This document shows, one piece after another, positions 52,366 to 64,000 of a stretch of 64,000 bases of DNA. Each line of letters begins with the position of its first letter. The first letter of the stretch is position 1. Both the position numbers and the translations under genes were made by a program. The DNA is from Thalia democratica (lineage: Eukaryota). Where the stretch lies: assembly GCA_965202585.1 (NCBI GenBank), contig OZ241826.1:99324001-99388000 (forward strand), read 5' to 3'. The notes under the pieces were generated by a model. The model ran no database searches. It was not told the origin of the DNA and saw only the letters and a list, made by a program, of their open reading frames with translations.

Positions 52366-55300
52366 TAGCTGACCTATTGTAGGAACTGGCACGGCCAGAT
52401 CGAAGGCTTACTCTCAACGAATCGCAGGGTAAAACTGCTCTAACGACCCCAACACCCCGATCTTCAATCTGCTAGGCTGGACTCTGACTTAGTTAAGTCA
52501 TGACCCTATCTTTGGGCTCCGACTAGACCAGTTCTTGGGCATTCTCACGTCGCTACATGCGCGAAACTGACCTATAGTGCGGTTGTGATCCATTCTCGGC
52601 CACTTCGTCGGCCCGCCAATGGTCGCGCTTGCATTTTGGCATCTCATTCGTTTTTCACCGGACTCCGGTTCTGCCAACTTGTTGCTTTGGAGCTACACGT
52701 TTCGGCAATCACTGTTTCCGAGCATCCGCTTCCAGCACCGTTCCGACAAGAAGTTAAATCTTCCCATCATTCGCAAAACAACCATGCTTCTGCCAAGCGC
52801 CCGCAAAGGCTCCTTCGCTGCCATCTACGTTAAACCCCGGATCACCGATATCTTTGCGTCCGCGCCCAACTCGCCGCCTGTATTAAAATATGACCCGGTA
52901 TATGTACTCCTTAAGGTCAAGGCTCTCCCTGAGCCTGGCCACCATCGCTTTATGTATCTGAGACACCATGTCTTGGGTGGTGTGACACACGTTTAGGACG
53001 TGTCTGATCGACAGCGTCGCACTCAGTGAATGCCTGCAGGGCCCACTCGAAGAGCCGGGCCTGATGGCCCCGACTCCCGCTTCCACGACTCCCTATTCAA
53101 CGAACGTCTTCTCGTCCAGGCCGGACAAGAAGCTCTTTATCCACCTGCTGCGGTATCCGCTACCGCCAATATGGTTTCTCACTTCTCCCCAGCCTCCATT
53201 GCCCAGAGATTTCGACGCTCGGAGTGCTCCGGAACTCGCTCGCTCACCTTTGTTCACCTACCTGTGGACTAGGCTTGCGGATCATCGAACCTTCATTCGA
53301 ATTACGGTGGGATCTGTTTCGGTTGGTGGCTTCGACTAATCGCAGTATTGCTTTACCGCCGAAACTCGCATTTGCCTGTATGTACCAGTCCGGCGTGAAC
53401 TGGTCGAGCAGAATCTCTTCACGCAATTTGAGGTCGCAAAACTCAGTGAACGGTTATCTAATTATATCAGGTCGACGACGTAACGCGCCTTGGCCAACAC
53501 ATTGTTACGAATGATAAAGCTTTTGCATCAAAGTGAGTCGACAGCTTTCGGTTCAGCCCAAAGCCTCTCAATGTTTCAGTTCACCTCTCAGGGTGCAACT
53601 CCAAACCGAGGTAGCGGTAGTGCTGTTCGGCAGACAAATTGGCGACAAGCTCGCCATAAACACTAATCTTTGGCCTTCTGGCAGCGTACCAGAGGCCGTT
53701 TTGCGAGATACGCACTTAGCCGGCTTAAATCCTAAGCTTTTAAGTTCTAATCCGTAAGGCTTCATCCGAGCGGTCAATCTTTCACTGCGGCTACTGACCC
53801 GTACCGGCTAACAGCGCGATGTCGTCCGCGTAGGCCGTGTAGCTAAGCGCGTCTCTGTGTCAGACTCCAGTTATGCATAAACATTCTGATCCTGCGTGAG
53901 CGTCCCACAGGATCTGGTCCAAGACTAGGTTGAAGATTGTCGGGCGACAGCGGGTCACCCTGGACGACTCGTACGTGCATCACTCCACCGTGCAGACTGA
54001 TCTTAATGTTTTGATACAGATTAGCCACTACCACCAGCATTCGTATCGGCATGCCTCTGTGCGCCAGTGTCGCCATTATTTTGATCAACCGAATCAAATT
54101 TTTTAGCGACGTCCAAGAATGCGTACGAGAACTCACCGCCCTGCATACTCACACACTTGACCGCCTCCTGTACTACTCCAGCCTTCCTTACCGGCCTTGA
54201 AATCTCACTGCTCCAACTCGGTTCCGATTTTGCTCAATCTGCTGTTCAGCACCATTCTGTACAGAAACCGTGTCACAGACCCCAGGCTGATGGGCCTGTA
54301 GTTTCCCGGCAATGACGATTCATCGACCTTCGGTATTAGGGTTAGTCTGAACTGCCTCAGCATCTGAGGCAGATGGCCGGTGTTTAAGAATCGATTAACC
54401 AGTTTTTCAAAATGTGCGTGTCAATGGCGCTAACCATGTCACGGTCTAGACCAGGGGTCGACAAACTGCGGCCGACGGGCCGCATTGAATTTTTTTTTTC
54501 AACTAGTTTGATAAATTAGTTTTTTCATAAAACTAAGTTTAAGTGTTATCTTTAAAGGATAGTATAAAGCCTAAATTTATTTTTCTTCAAAAAATTCTTT
54601 TTAAGTATGTTTTTTAAAGTAGATAAAAAATGTTCAAATTTTGTTTAACCTGCCAACCCCTGGTCTAGACCGTCCGGGCTTCGGGCTTTATCCTAAGCCA
54701 CTTTCACTGAACATAGGTCTCACTCACTACAACTTCATCCTCGAGCCAGCTGAGTGAAGGCTTCTCTCTGTAGATCAACCGTCTTGTGTATCTATAAGGT
54801 CATCAGTCCCTTCTAAAAGGCGTACGTGCCTTCCGGTAGGGATCCCTCGGCCGCCAGCGGTTTGCCCTGCAAGATCTGCTTCGCGGTGTCTCACACGGCA
54901 TGTTCTTATAAGCCTTTCGTCAACGCTTTGTCTCTAGTTTGCGTCTGTCGACGCTGCGCCCATGCCGCGTCATCTCTTTGAGGGCCTTGGCGGTCTGAAA
55001 CTGTCGCCGCCTATTTGTCTTCAAAAGATTTTGTAGTCTTCCTCCAGGTCCGAGCGCCCCGCACTCATGAACGACGGTAATCGGGCGATCTGCATATCCT
55101 CTGGGTTGATGGTTTCGACCCTGTCCTCGTTCGCCTCCAAAATCGCTTTTCACTCCGCTGGGTTCGCAATCAGGGTGTGTTTGTTAAGGTTCCGTTTCGA
55201 GTCGCAATCATTATTGCAGTCGCTATATCCATGCTCATGACACATTGTAACTACTCTTAGTCTGCTGGTAAACAAGAAAAAAGAACTGGTTAGTCAGAGC

Positions 55301-55420
55301 GAGCGGTACTAGCTACATATATGAACATTCCGCCATCGCACCCAAGCTTGTCTCGAACATGGTCATTAGTACAAACTGACTGTCCTCACTTTGTAATTAA
55401 GTACAGTAACCTGTCACAAA
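52366..55420 (-). mobile_element. Decayed R2-superfamily (RLE) non-LTR retrotransposon
   Basis: Minus strand, with frameshifts: N-terminal C2H2-like/Myb-like region from ATG 55245, RSPDG, LTLIPK..PGNYRPISLGS, FLDVAKKFDSV (54087-54116), QGDPLSP (53942-53962), YADD (53821-53832), CCHC-type knuckle (52952-53038), degenerate RLE region, and 3' UTR. Absent from copy A. Confidence 0.9.
54452..54662. mobile_element. hAT (Charlie/Buster-type) MITE nested in the R2-like element
   Basis: TIRs caggggtcgacaaac / gccaacccctg. Perfect TSD GTCTAGAC (54444-54451, 54663-54670), matching the NTCTAGAN target preference. Confidence 0.95.
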
Positions 55421-56778
55421 TAAATAAATGTTAGTTAAAACACTAACCACGTTTTTATTAAATTTTAGTTATTTAAAAAAGCTAGTTTTTGGTTTTGAAA
55501 TTTTACTTCTGCTTACTTATTATTTAGTAATTTTTGCAATTTCAAAGGTTGTCTTCGTAGAAAACATAACAGTTAAGAATAAAATGGTGTGTTGCTCTTA
55601 GAAGGAAATAGTGTGCTGCTCACAGTAGACTGTGGTTTCAATAGTCAATATTAGCAATAATGGATTTTAAAAAGAGTCTAAACAATGTTATTAGTTTTAT
55701 AAACATAATTATTTCGTTTATATGTATTTATCATTGTTACCACAATCTCAGGTCACTTTAATTTCATTTGAGATAATAGTTATTTTTTCTTTTAAAAATA
55801 ATGTATGACTATTAAGACATTTTTATTCCTAATTTTTAATCATACGGTACACGAAATTCATATAAGGTACACATAAATTGCAATGTCCATATTTTCGTTA
55901 AATAAATAAATTTAATCTGCTTGTTTTAAATATTACATTTGATCTACAACATGTAAGTTTATAAGTTATTTTTTAATTCCTTTTATTCTTGTTTTCCCTT
56001 TGGGGCCATGACATATATGCAGGGGTCTTAGCATCAAAGGGGGCCATGAGTAATAAATTGCCACAGGGGGCGATGAGTTCATAGTTTTAAACTTGCACTA
56101 GATATTCTTGAGTTGCTGATTAAGAGCAAAATAAAAATATCTTAGGCAATATTGTTGTGGAAGTTTTTGAGTAATCTTGTTGAAGGGGGCCAAGCAATGG
56201 TTCATTTGATTTCTTTTAAGAGGGCACCTGCTTTTTGGGAAAACCTTTAACAATTTATGAAACCCTGCTTTAGTTTAAAGTTATTAAGATTTATTGTAAA
56301 GTATAATACATTAATTTACTACTTTTAGTTGGATATTTTAGTATTAAAACTAACAACGAATGCTTTTTGAACACAGCGTTTTTGCTCTTAAAAGAGCGTA
56401 CCATACCGACAGTTCATACTTAGGAAGTGCTTACCTGGCTGGCAGTGTAACTAGTATTTTCAAACTTACAAAACAACTTATGTTTGTTTATTTCCTATAT
56501 TTATGTAAAAATTAAGCTTTAACCTGTCTATACATAAAAATTTACCATAGAATTTTTCAACAAAATCATTACAATTAGTTTGGTACGGTCTACTACTTTG
56601 AGTTGAAACAGTAATACTACTTTTAAGAAGTTTATAAGCGTCTTATTTATTGATACCGTAGTACTCAGTATTCAGTCTTTTCTAATCACTTTTTTCATTT
56701 ATACTAATTAACAATCCACGACCAAAGCTCAAGCAGGAGAAAATAGTTTTCTTGTTGAAAAAAGTAGACCCTCCAACA

Positions 56779-57395
56779 CAGAGTTTCCTAAAAAGAGCTA
56801 TTACAAAAGTGTAGGGGGCCATAAGCACCTAGGGGCAAAACGGGGTGTAAAAACAGTAAGGGGTTTCAAAAGGACCATGACGTCATAATATGAAAATTAC
56901 ACTAGGTGTTCTGGAGTTGATAAGGAAAGCAAAAATATGTCCTAGCTGTTTTTAATGGTAGTTTTTAAATTTTTACTAGTTATTATGAAAACTTTTTCGA
57001 AAATTTAGGGCCATAATCTGTAAAAGAGGGAGATACATTGGTCATAATTAAAAATTTTTAAACTTATACTTAATGTCACGGAAAAATTTTATCAAAATTT
57101 AGGGGCAATGACCTTTAAAAGGGGGAGTCACTAGGACATAATTTAAAACTTTTAAACTTATATTTAATGATATAGTTAAATTTAATGAAACTTTGGGGGA
57201 AATAACCTTTAAAAGGAGGAGCCACAAGGAAATAATAAAAAACTTATATTATATTTTCATGAGTTGATGATTAACAGCAAAAAAAAATATTTTAATCGTT
57301 TTTACTGGTAGTTTTTTGAGAAATCTTGTTAGAGGGGGCCATATATTTGTCTTTCTTTAAATGGCTCCTTTTGAAATAAAGTTGAGGATACCATG
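56779..57395. mobile_element. hAT-like MITE with an internal ~95-bp tandem repeat (about 3 units, ~57003-57255)
   Basis: Ends cagagtttcc / gttgaggataccatg. Flanks ctccaaca / ctctagaa. Empty site ctctaata in copy A (~28517). Confidence 0.65.
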
Positions 57396-60300
57396 CTCTA
57401 GAAACCATGCTCTAGCAGTTACATTTTATACCTACATTTTGTTTTTTCTAAACTATTAGTGAGGCCTATAACAGTAAAATGCACTTTTTGAAAAGTAAAT
57501 TGATATAAACAGTAAAAAAACAATTTAAACATATATTTAATGTTACCTCTTTTAAACTAACTGTGTTACAAGTTTTAAAAGAAACAAGCTTAGCTGGTCT
57601 CACTGATTTATTTTAGTAGAAACAAAAAAAAAGTTTTACTGTAACTCTGTATCAGCTGTCTGGATTCTGGAAACGTTACTAAGGTGTTTTTCGTTTCCAT
57701 GCCTTAATAACATCTTGAAGTATTTTTGTAACGTTTACCTATAGCGTTTTTATAAATTTACAGCTTGAAAATATATATATCCATAACTGCTTGACTAAAT
57801 ATTTAATGCAGTTTTTATAAAAGCGGCCCAATGTAAACCAAGGGCGACTTTAATATTATGTGGGTAAAAACCATTTATTTTTTAAAAGTCATGTTGTTAA
57901 AATATGTTTCATAATATTGCAGAAAAAATTGTGTATCAGTTGAAAGACTTGAGTGCATAAATGTTGCTGAAGGAGGGCTCAATTTTTGTTAATGAAAGAT
58001 TAAAAAGATTGTGTGGAATTTAAATAATATGTTGTCTAAAGATCTAAGATCTCTCGGTCATCAAAACTTAAAAACGTTTGTTTTTGTATTCTACTGTGAA
58101 GTACAAATAAAAATGATATAAAACTACTTCATATAACTACTACTGATAATGTAAAAAACTTTTTATATCAAACAATTGAATCAGTTTTTAAGTATAATAT
58201 TTTTACCGAGAAAAAAATAAAGAATATTTACTTTGTAAACTTTGTGTATTCTTTTCTAAAGCTTGTAAAATTTTAAAACATCTAAACAAAATCTAAATTT
58301 CAACGATTATTAAGGTTTTTTTGTTGCCACAAAAAAGCTTATACCTTAAACAGTAAATTAGAATAAACACTATTAAAAAGTTTTTAGTTCTTTTTGTAGC
58401 AAATCATTTTTATTCTATTAGCTTTAAACTTAATCTTGAAGTCTTACTTCTGTAGTCTAAAGTTATAATGTTTTATAACTAATAACCAATAATAACTTTT
58501 CAAAAATAAGTTTTTTACGAAGTTTCTGCAGACCCTATAAACTAACTTTGCTTTTTGAGTTAGATTTTAGAGCTATTTAAGTAGTATCTCACTGTTTTCC
58601 ATGACTATCATATATAGTTCTAGATTTTTTAAATTAGCACTGAAGAGGTCTTTGACCGAAAGTGAGTCTGATTTAAACTATCTTGAAAGAATTTCATAAG
58701 TACAATTCCTCCTCTATAAGTTGAGATCTTTTTATTAGTTTTCGAAAAATCAAAAAAATTAATAGTATGTTCTTTTTTTATAGATAACTAAACTATACAG
58801 GCTATACCTGACATACGTATGTTTTATATCAGGCTTTTATAGAATACACACAGAAATCTAAATTCTAACAAATTATACAAAAGAGCTAAAAAAGGTATAA
58901 AGGATTTTTTTATTCTAGTAAACTTTGTTTTTAATTGTAAGATCAATCTTAGCAAAACATGTATAAGTAAACAAGACGTACTACTGGTAAACATGAAAAC
59001 TATATAATTCTTCCATTTTTGAAAGCATCAAAAGTTTTCCAGTGACAAATTACATTCTTCGAATCATTTTGTAGTTGAATTAAGGTTTTATAACTTAACG
59101 GCAACTGTGAGTTAATTCTCAACAAAGATTTATAGCCAAACTTTTGCACTAAATTGCTCTGTTAGTATTAATATAACTTTACAAGAGTATGTATTGCTAG
59201 CCTTTGCCGCAAATTAGTTTAATTTTTACTTATAACTCTGTTAAAATAATTGGTGTACACTGTAATTTTTTTGTTTTAAAACACATAACTTGAAATTTAA
59301 AAGCTATTCATTTTTGTATCATAAGAAAACATGGTGACGTCTACTATTTTGAAGCCCTGATTTTAAATGCATTTTAAAACTTAAAACTATCAAGATACTT
59401 TCGCATTTTGCAAATAAACAATTTACTTTTGTTATTAATAGTATTTTGCTTCGATTTTTCTATTAAAAAATATAACAGTGCCAAAATGTTATTGATTTTT
59501 CTCTTAAATGCTATTTCAAGGTTTCTGTAGAGTGTAAAGCTTCTTTAGAATATAATATTGTTGAGTCTTTCAACTTATTTTGAGTTTATGTTAAAAATTT
59601 ATTTACTTTTTTCTACTCCAAACTTTTGTAAATGTAATTTTAGCAGGTTTCCACTACAAACGACAATTACATAAGTACATTTAACTGTTGTTGATGAAAA
59701 AAATGTAATTAAAAGATAATATAACAGTTTTGATAACTTTTGTTTAACCAACTGATCTTTTTCAGTTTTGTATTCGCCGGTTTAGCAACAAATTTTAACC
59801 AAAAAGATCAAGATTTATTTAATGACATATAAAAGACATCATAAAAGATTTTACAAAGTCTTTTGTCTGATAAATCCTTTTTTAGTCTGTATTTGTCTTT
59901 TTGAGCAATAAACTAATTCAAAACAGATCAAAAACTTTATGTTATACTTCTTTTTTTTTTACCTCAAATACAACTTTGCAACGATATTTCTATTTTTAAA
60001 ATGTAATTTTTTAAAAAGCACGTCTGATATGGAGACTCAGTTAACATAAATGACTTTTAGTTTTGTTTTATGAAAAAGTAATCTTATTTTAGCCTTAAAA
60101 CTAAATGTTGTGACAACAGCTGTTTTGAAGCGATGATCTTTATTAGATTACTTGGCTTTTACTTGTAAAAGTAGTTTTGTAGTTTGAAAAATAATGATTT
60201 TTTTCTGGTTTTATTCGATTTTTTTTTATATAAAAAAATAGAGCCTAAATTTTTATATTTTGTCTTTGGTACACTTACTAGGTCTGTTTAATTTTATTTT

Positions 60301-63300
60301 AGAATTAATATTGTGAGTACTGAGATTTGTTATAAACTAGTGTTAAAAAGTGTTTGGTTGTTTGTACTTTAGTTTTTTTTTATTTAAAAAAAGCAGGTAT
60401 ACAAAATACTGTTAACTGATTCCTTTTCAAATTATTTTATTTAAGATACTACAATTTTAATACGTTAGGTCTGATAATTCGTTTTTTATTTACTCTTTGT
60501 TTGCCTTTTGGAGCGACAAACAATATTTTATGATACATGCTTTCTTCGTAAGTTCAATGTGTGCTTGAAATTTACTAGCTAGTATCTTTTCAAAGAATCT
60601 AAAGACATTAATCGGTATTATTAAAGTTTTACTTTAAAAGTATAAGAAGTATAGTGTTGTAAAAGTAACTTTAAGATAAAACTTTAAGTTTCCCGTTTGT
60701 TAGATATAACTGTGTGCATTATTTTTCAGTTAGTTTAGTTTGATCAGATATGATAAAATAACTTTACTGTTGCTATAATAGATTGATTTTAATCTATAAA
60801 ACCTTTTTCAAGAGATATAAATCCCTAAAATAAATATAACTTGTGTTTTTGAAGCATCTATTGTGCTTTTGCAACTTGTGATTTTTTATATAATTAATTA
60901 ACTCAACAATTTTTAATTTTAGTATGTATGTTTTCGTATGTTAGGCTAAAATTTTAGTTTCTATATAACGTTTAGTTAAAAACAAACAAAACATCTTGGC
61001 ATATAGTTCTAAAGTGTGTAACTATTATGTTTATTTTACAACAACCTCCGTTTTCAAATTGTTTGAAAGAACATAAGATCGTCTGTTATAACCTCAATAA
61101 AATTTATCATAATATAGTATTAATTCGAAGACGGTAGTATAGTTTACATATTTCGTAAGGCACACTTACTTTTAGTTGGTAGTGTTTTTATTACCTTCGA
61201 AGCAGATTAAACTAAGAAATTAAATAGAAAACTACCAATTAAAAAAATCTAAAAGAACAAAATTTTAAGTATTTTTATTTTATTAGTTATACAAGCATTA
61301 AGAAAACAACTTTAAACTATTAACTTGATCTAAAAAAGATTATAATTTTTTTTATTTATCAGCATAGAGGCACATATACATTTTAGAATTTAATGTTTTC
61401 TTTTAACACATGATTTTCGGAATTAAATCTTTTTATTTATGTAAAAAAATCAATCATGATATTTATCAAATTGTGCTTAGAAAATTTGTAAAAATTGGTC
61501 TGTGAAGAACTATTAATTTCAAAGTTACTTAGTATAAATATTTTTATTAACTATAAAACTAGCAATATTTTTAAGAAACTGGAAAAATTATAAAAGCTTT
61601 AAGAATAATTTTAAAATAGATGCTTAAGTTTACACTTATTTAAATAAACAAACTTGGAACAGATATAAAAAATCAGTTGAAAATTGTTTTAAATCAAAAT
61701 ATTTTTACAAAACAAAACACAATTTTATGGACCAGAGGTTTATTTTTTCTAAAATTGTTAGTCTACTGTAAATGCAAAATTTAAAAGAACTTTTATTTGT
61801 CTAGTTTTTATTAAACTAGTGACTCTAAATTTTGCATGTTTTGAAATAAGTTATTAATAACTAAAAACCTAAAAGTTTAAAGACACTTTTAGACTACAAT
61901 AGAAGATCGGTGAATGAAAATACAAATGATATTTAAAAGCTAAGCTCTTAATAGCAGAGTCGAACATTGAAATATAAAAATAACCAAGAAAAAAACTTAA
62001 TTTAATTTTTTTTTAATTTTCCTTTTTACTGATACAAAGCTTTTATTTATTGTTTAATTATATAATTTTTATAAACCCTTAACAAAAAGTATTTTAAACA
62101 TGCACGTTTTGCTGGTTTGTAACTTTTACAATTATACTAAAAACATACAAAGCTATTAACTACCGCTTTAATCCGACTACTTTTTTTATCTGACTTTATT
62201 AACTTCTTTAGACCGACGTCGGCAGCTTTTATAAGTTACGGGTCGTTTTTTCTAATAACGTTGCTATAAAAGAAAAGTTTACCGCGGGCCATAGTTCTTT
62301 CAAAATAGTTGTATTAAGCAACCAAAAAATTATATTTGAATAGAATAATGTGTTATAATAAACAGTAGTATAAGAGTAGTAATAAGTCTTTATAAATTTA
62401 AGAACCTACTTGTAAACTTTTACCTTAAAAACTTTACTTTTTATTGTTTTAAAAGGGGTACGTTTTAAGCTAAAAAGGACCTCGCAGCCCGCAGATTTTG
62501 GGCTGTGGGTCGTAATACACCGACCCTTGTTTAAGACTATACACCAAAAAATTTTATTAGAAGGAAAAAGAAAAACAGTTATATCCTTGATGTGTTTTTT
62601 AAATTTTCAAAATTTCTAATCGTTTTTTAGGTATAACTTTCTAAATAGTTTTTAACACTAAGGCTATCAAATGTAGGTAATGTTTTATTAAGTAGGTTGA
62701 AAAAAACCTTTTACGATCTTGTTGAAAATTTTCTTACCACAACTTACAAAAAATTAATAATAAAAATTTTAAAGTGCTATTTGCACGTCATCTCAAAAAG
62801 TGACAATCTGGTAAAATCATATGTTGAACTCATGCTAGATAGCGTTCTTCCTTTCTATCAAGGAACCGCTTTTGAAAATAGTGTAAATCCCTCCGAAGCA
62901 ACCTTGAGGCACCAAGACAAAACTCGGCCGACTTTTTAGAAGTCTCCGCGGCGAATAAAAATCAATTAGTAAGAAGACCGGGCTCATTTTTATTCCGGCT
63001 AGGGCAAAAACTTGATAATTAACTCACATACAGTTGCATTTTGTCAAGATAACTTTGTATCAAACTGTTTATGAGTCTTGTTCAATCTTTACCTCAATTG
63101 GTATTTGTTTACTATAATATTATATGCATCGTTTTTTTTATAAACAGTCTTATATAAACATGTGTTTAGATGTGAAAAGCTTTTTTGAAATAAAACTATT
63201 ATTCAACTAACTATTAAAAATGTTACAATTTACTAAATATAGTTTTATTAATATTTTTACTAATCTCATTACATATCAAAAGCTAATCAGTCCTAGCTTA

Positions 63301-64000
63301 AAAAAATAAAAATTAAAACTTTAATCTTAAATCTTTCACCTTTGTTTTAGTAAAATTTATCAATATAAAATTAACTAATGTTTATTATTTACAAAACTTT
63401 ACTGTATAGTATTTAGGTATAACTTTAAAAAGTGTGATCGACTGACTTTAGTAATTAAAAAAAAATGTGTTAGTAATATAATTAATAAAATTAAAAGATT
63501 CTACTAAGACAAGTTATTTCTATTTCATCAGCTTTTATTCTATGAGTAACTTAAAACTAGGTTTGTGTGTTTGAGTCGAAAAAATAAATTTAGTGCTCTT
63601 AACAGTATTATTGATAAAAAATTTATTTTAAACTTATAATAAAATATATTTAACATTAATTAATTAGATATAATTAAAAAAAAAATAATAATAATAATTA
63701 TAGCCATAAATATACAATACTTCATGTTATTTATTGTAAAAAAAAGTTGTTTAGAGCAGAAAACCACTTAGTAAAACACTAGAAAAGACCAAAAAGTACA
63801 ACAAATAAAAACCAGAATGATAAATATTTTAAAGAAAGTTATTTCAATAAAAGTATAAAAATCGGTTATTAAGTATATAACTTTATTTTCGTTAAAAAAA
63901 TTATCCTTGCCCTACATTTGAGATTACCATTATTTGCAGAAGGTTTTCATAATAATAAACTTATCTATAACAAATCGTTTATTTTAGTTAAATGTTAGTA

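Larger units (their letters stand above)
43113..64000 (+). repeat. Segmental duplication, copy B (runs off the window)
   Basis: Colinear with 19885-35700. Carries extra insertions at 47888, 50041, 52366, ~55430-56270 and 56779. Confidence 0.95.

Noticed and set aside
52585-53757. Several plus-strand ORFs of 74-125 aa
   Set aside because: They are antisense shadows of the GC-rich R2-like coding sequence. The recognisable motifs are on the minus strand.
1-64000. CRISPR array, rRNA genes or telomeric arrays
   Set aside because: No regularly spaced repeat-spacer array, rRNA sequence or (TTAGGG)n tract seen.

Overview
Very AT-rich eukaryotic (metazoan) DNA with no intact protein-coding gene. The repeat repertoire resembles Hydra-type cnidarian genomes, but that assignment is an inference. 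The window is transposon debris built on a large direct segmental duplication (~19.9-37.9 kb vs ~43.1-64 kb), with a third partial copy at 4.2-6.6 kb. Each main copy carries a decayed CR1-type LINE and a heavily eroded Penelope-like RT flanked by degenerate direct repeats. A tRNA-Ile-derived SINE occurs at 5.0 and 36.1 kb. Copy-specific insertions let empty sites confirm target-site duplications (TSDs) of 5, 6 and 8 bp for CAG-ended hAT-like elements. The most notable item is a dead R2-like retrotransposon (zinc finger/Myb, RT, CCHC, restriction-like endonuclease; 52.4-55.4 kb, minus strand). It sits outside rDNA and has a branch-point/polypyrimidine/AG acceptor just before its ATG. Its 3' UTR structure recurs, with compensatory changes, in a separate 420-bp non-coding insertion at 31.1 kb. 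Also present are an intron-containing hAT/TTF-zinc-finger pseudogene and a hAT transposase relic with an internal inversion. Identity values are estimates by eye, and protein-family calls rest on motif recall, not database searches.
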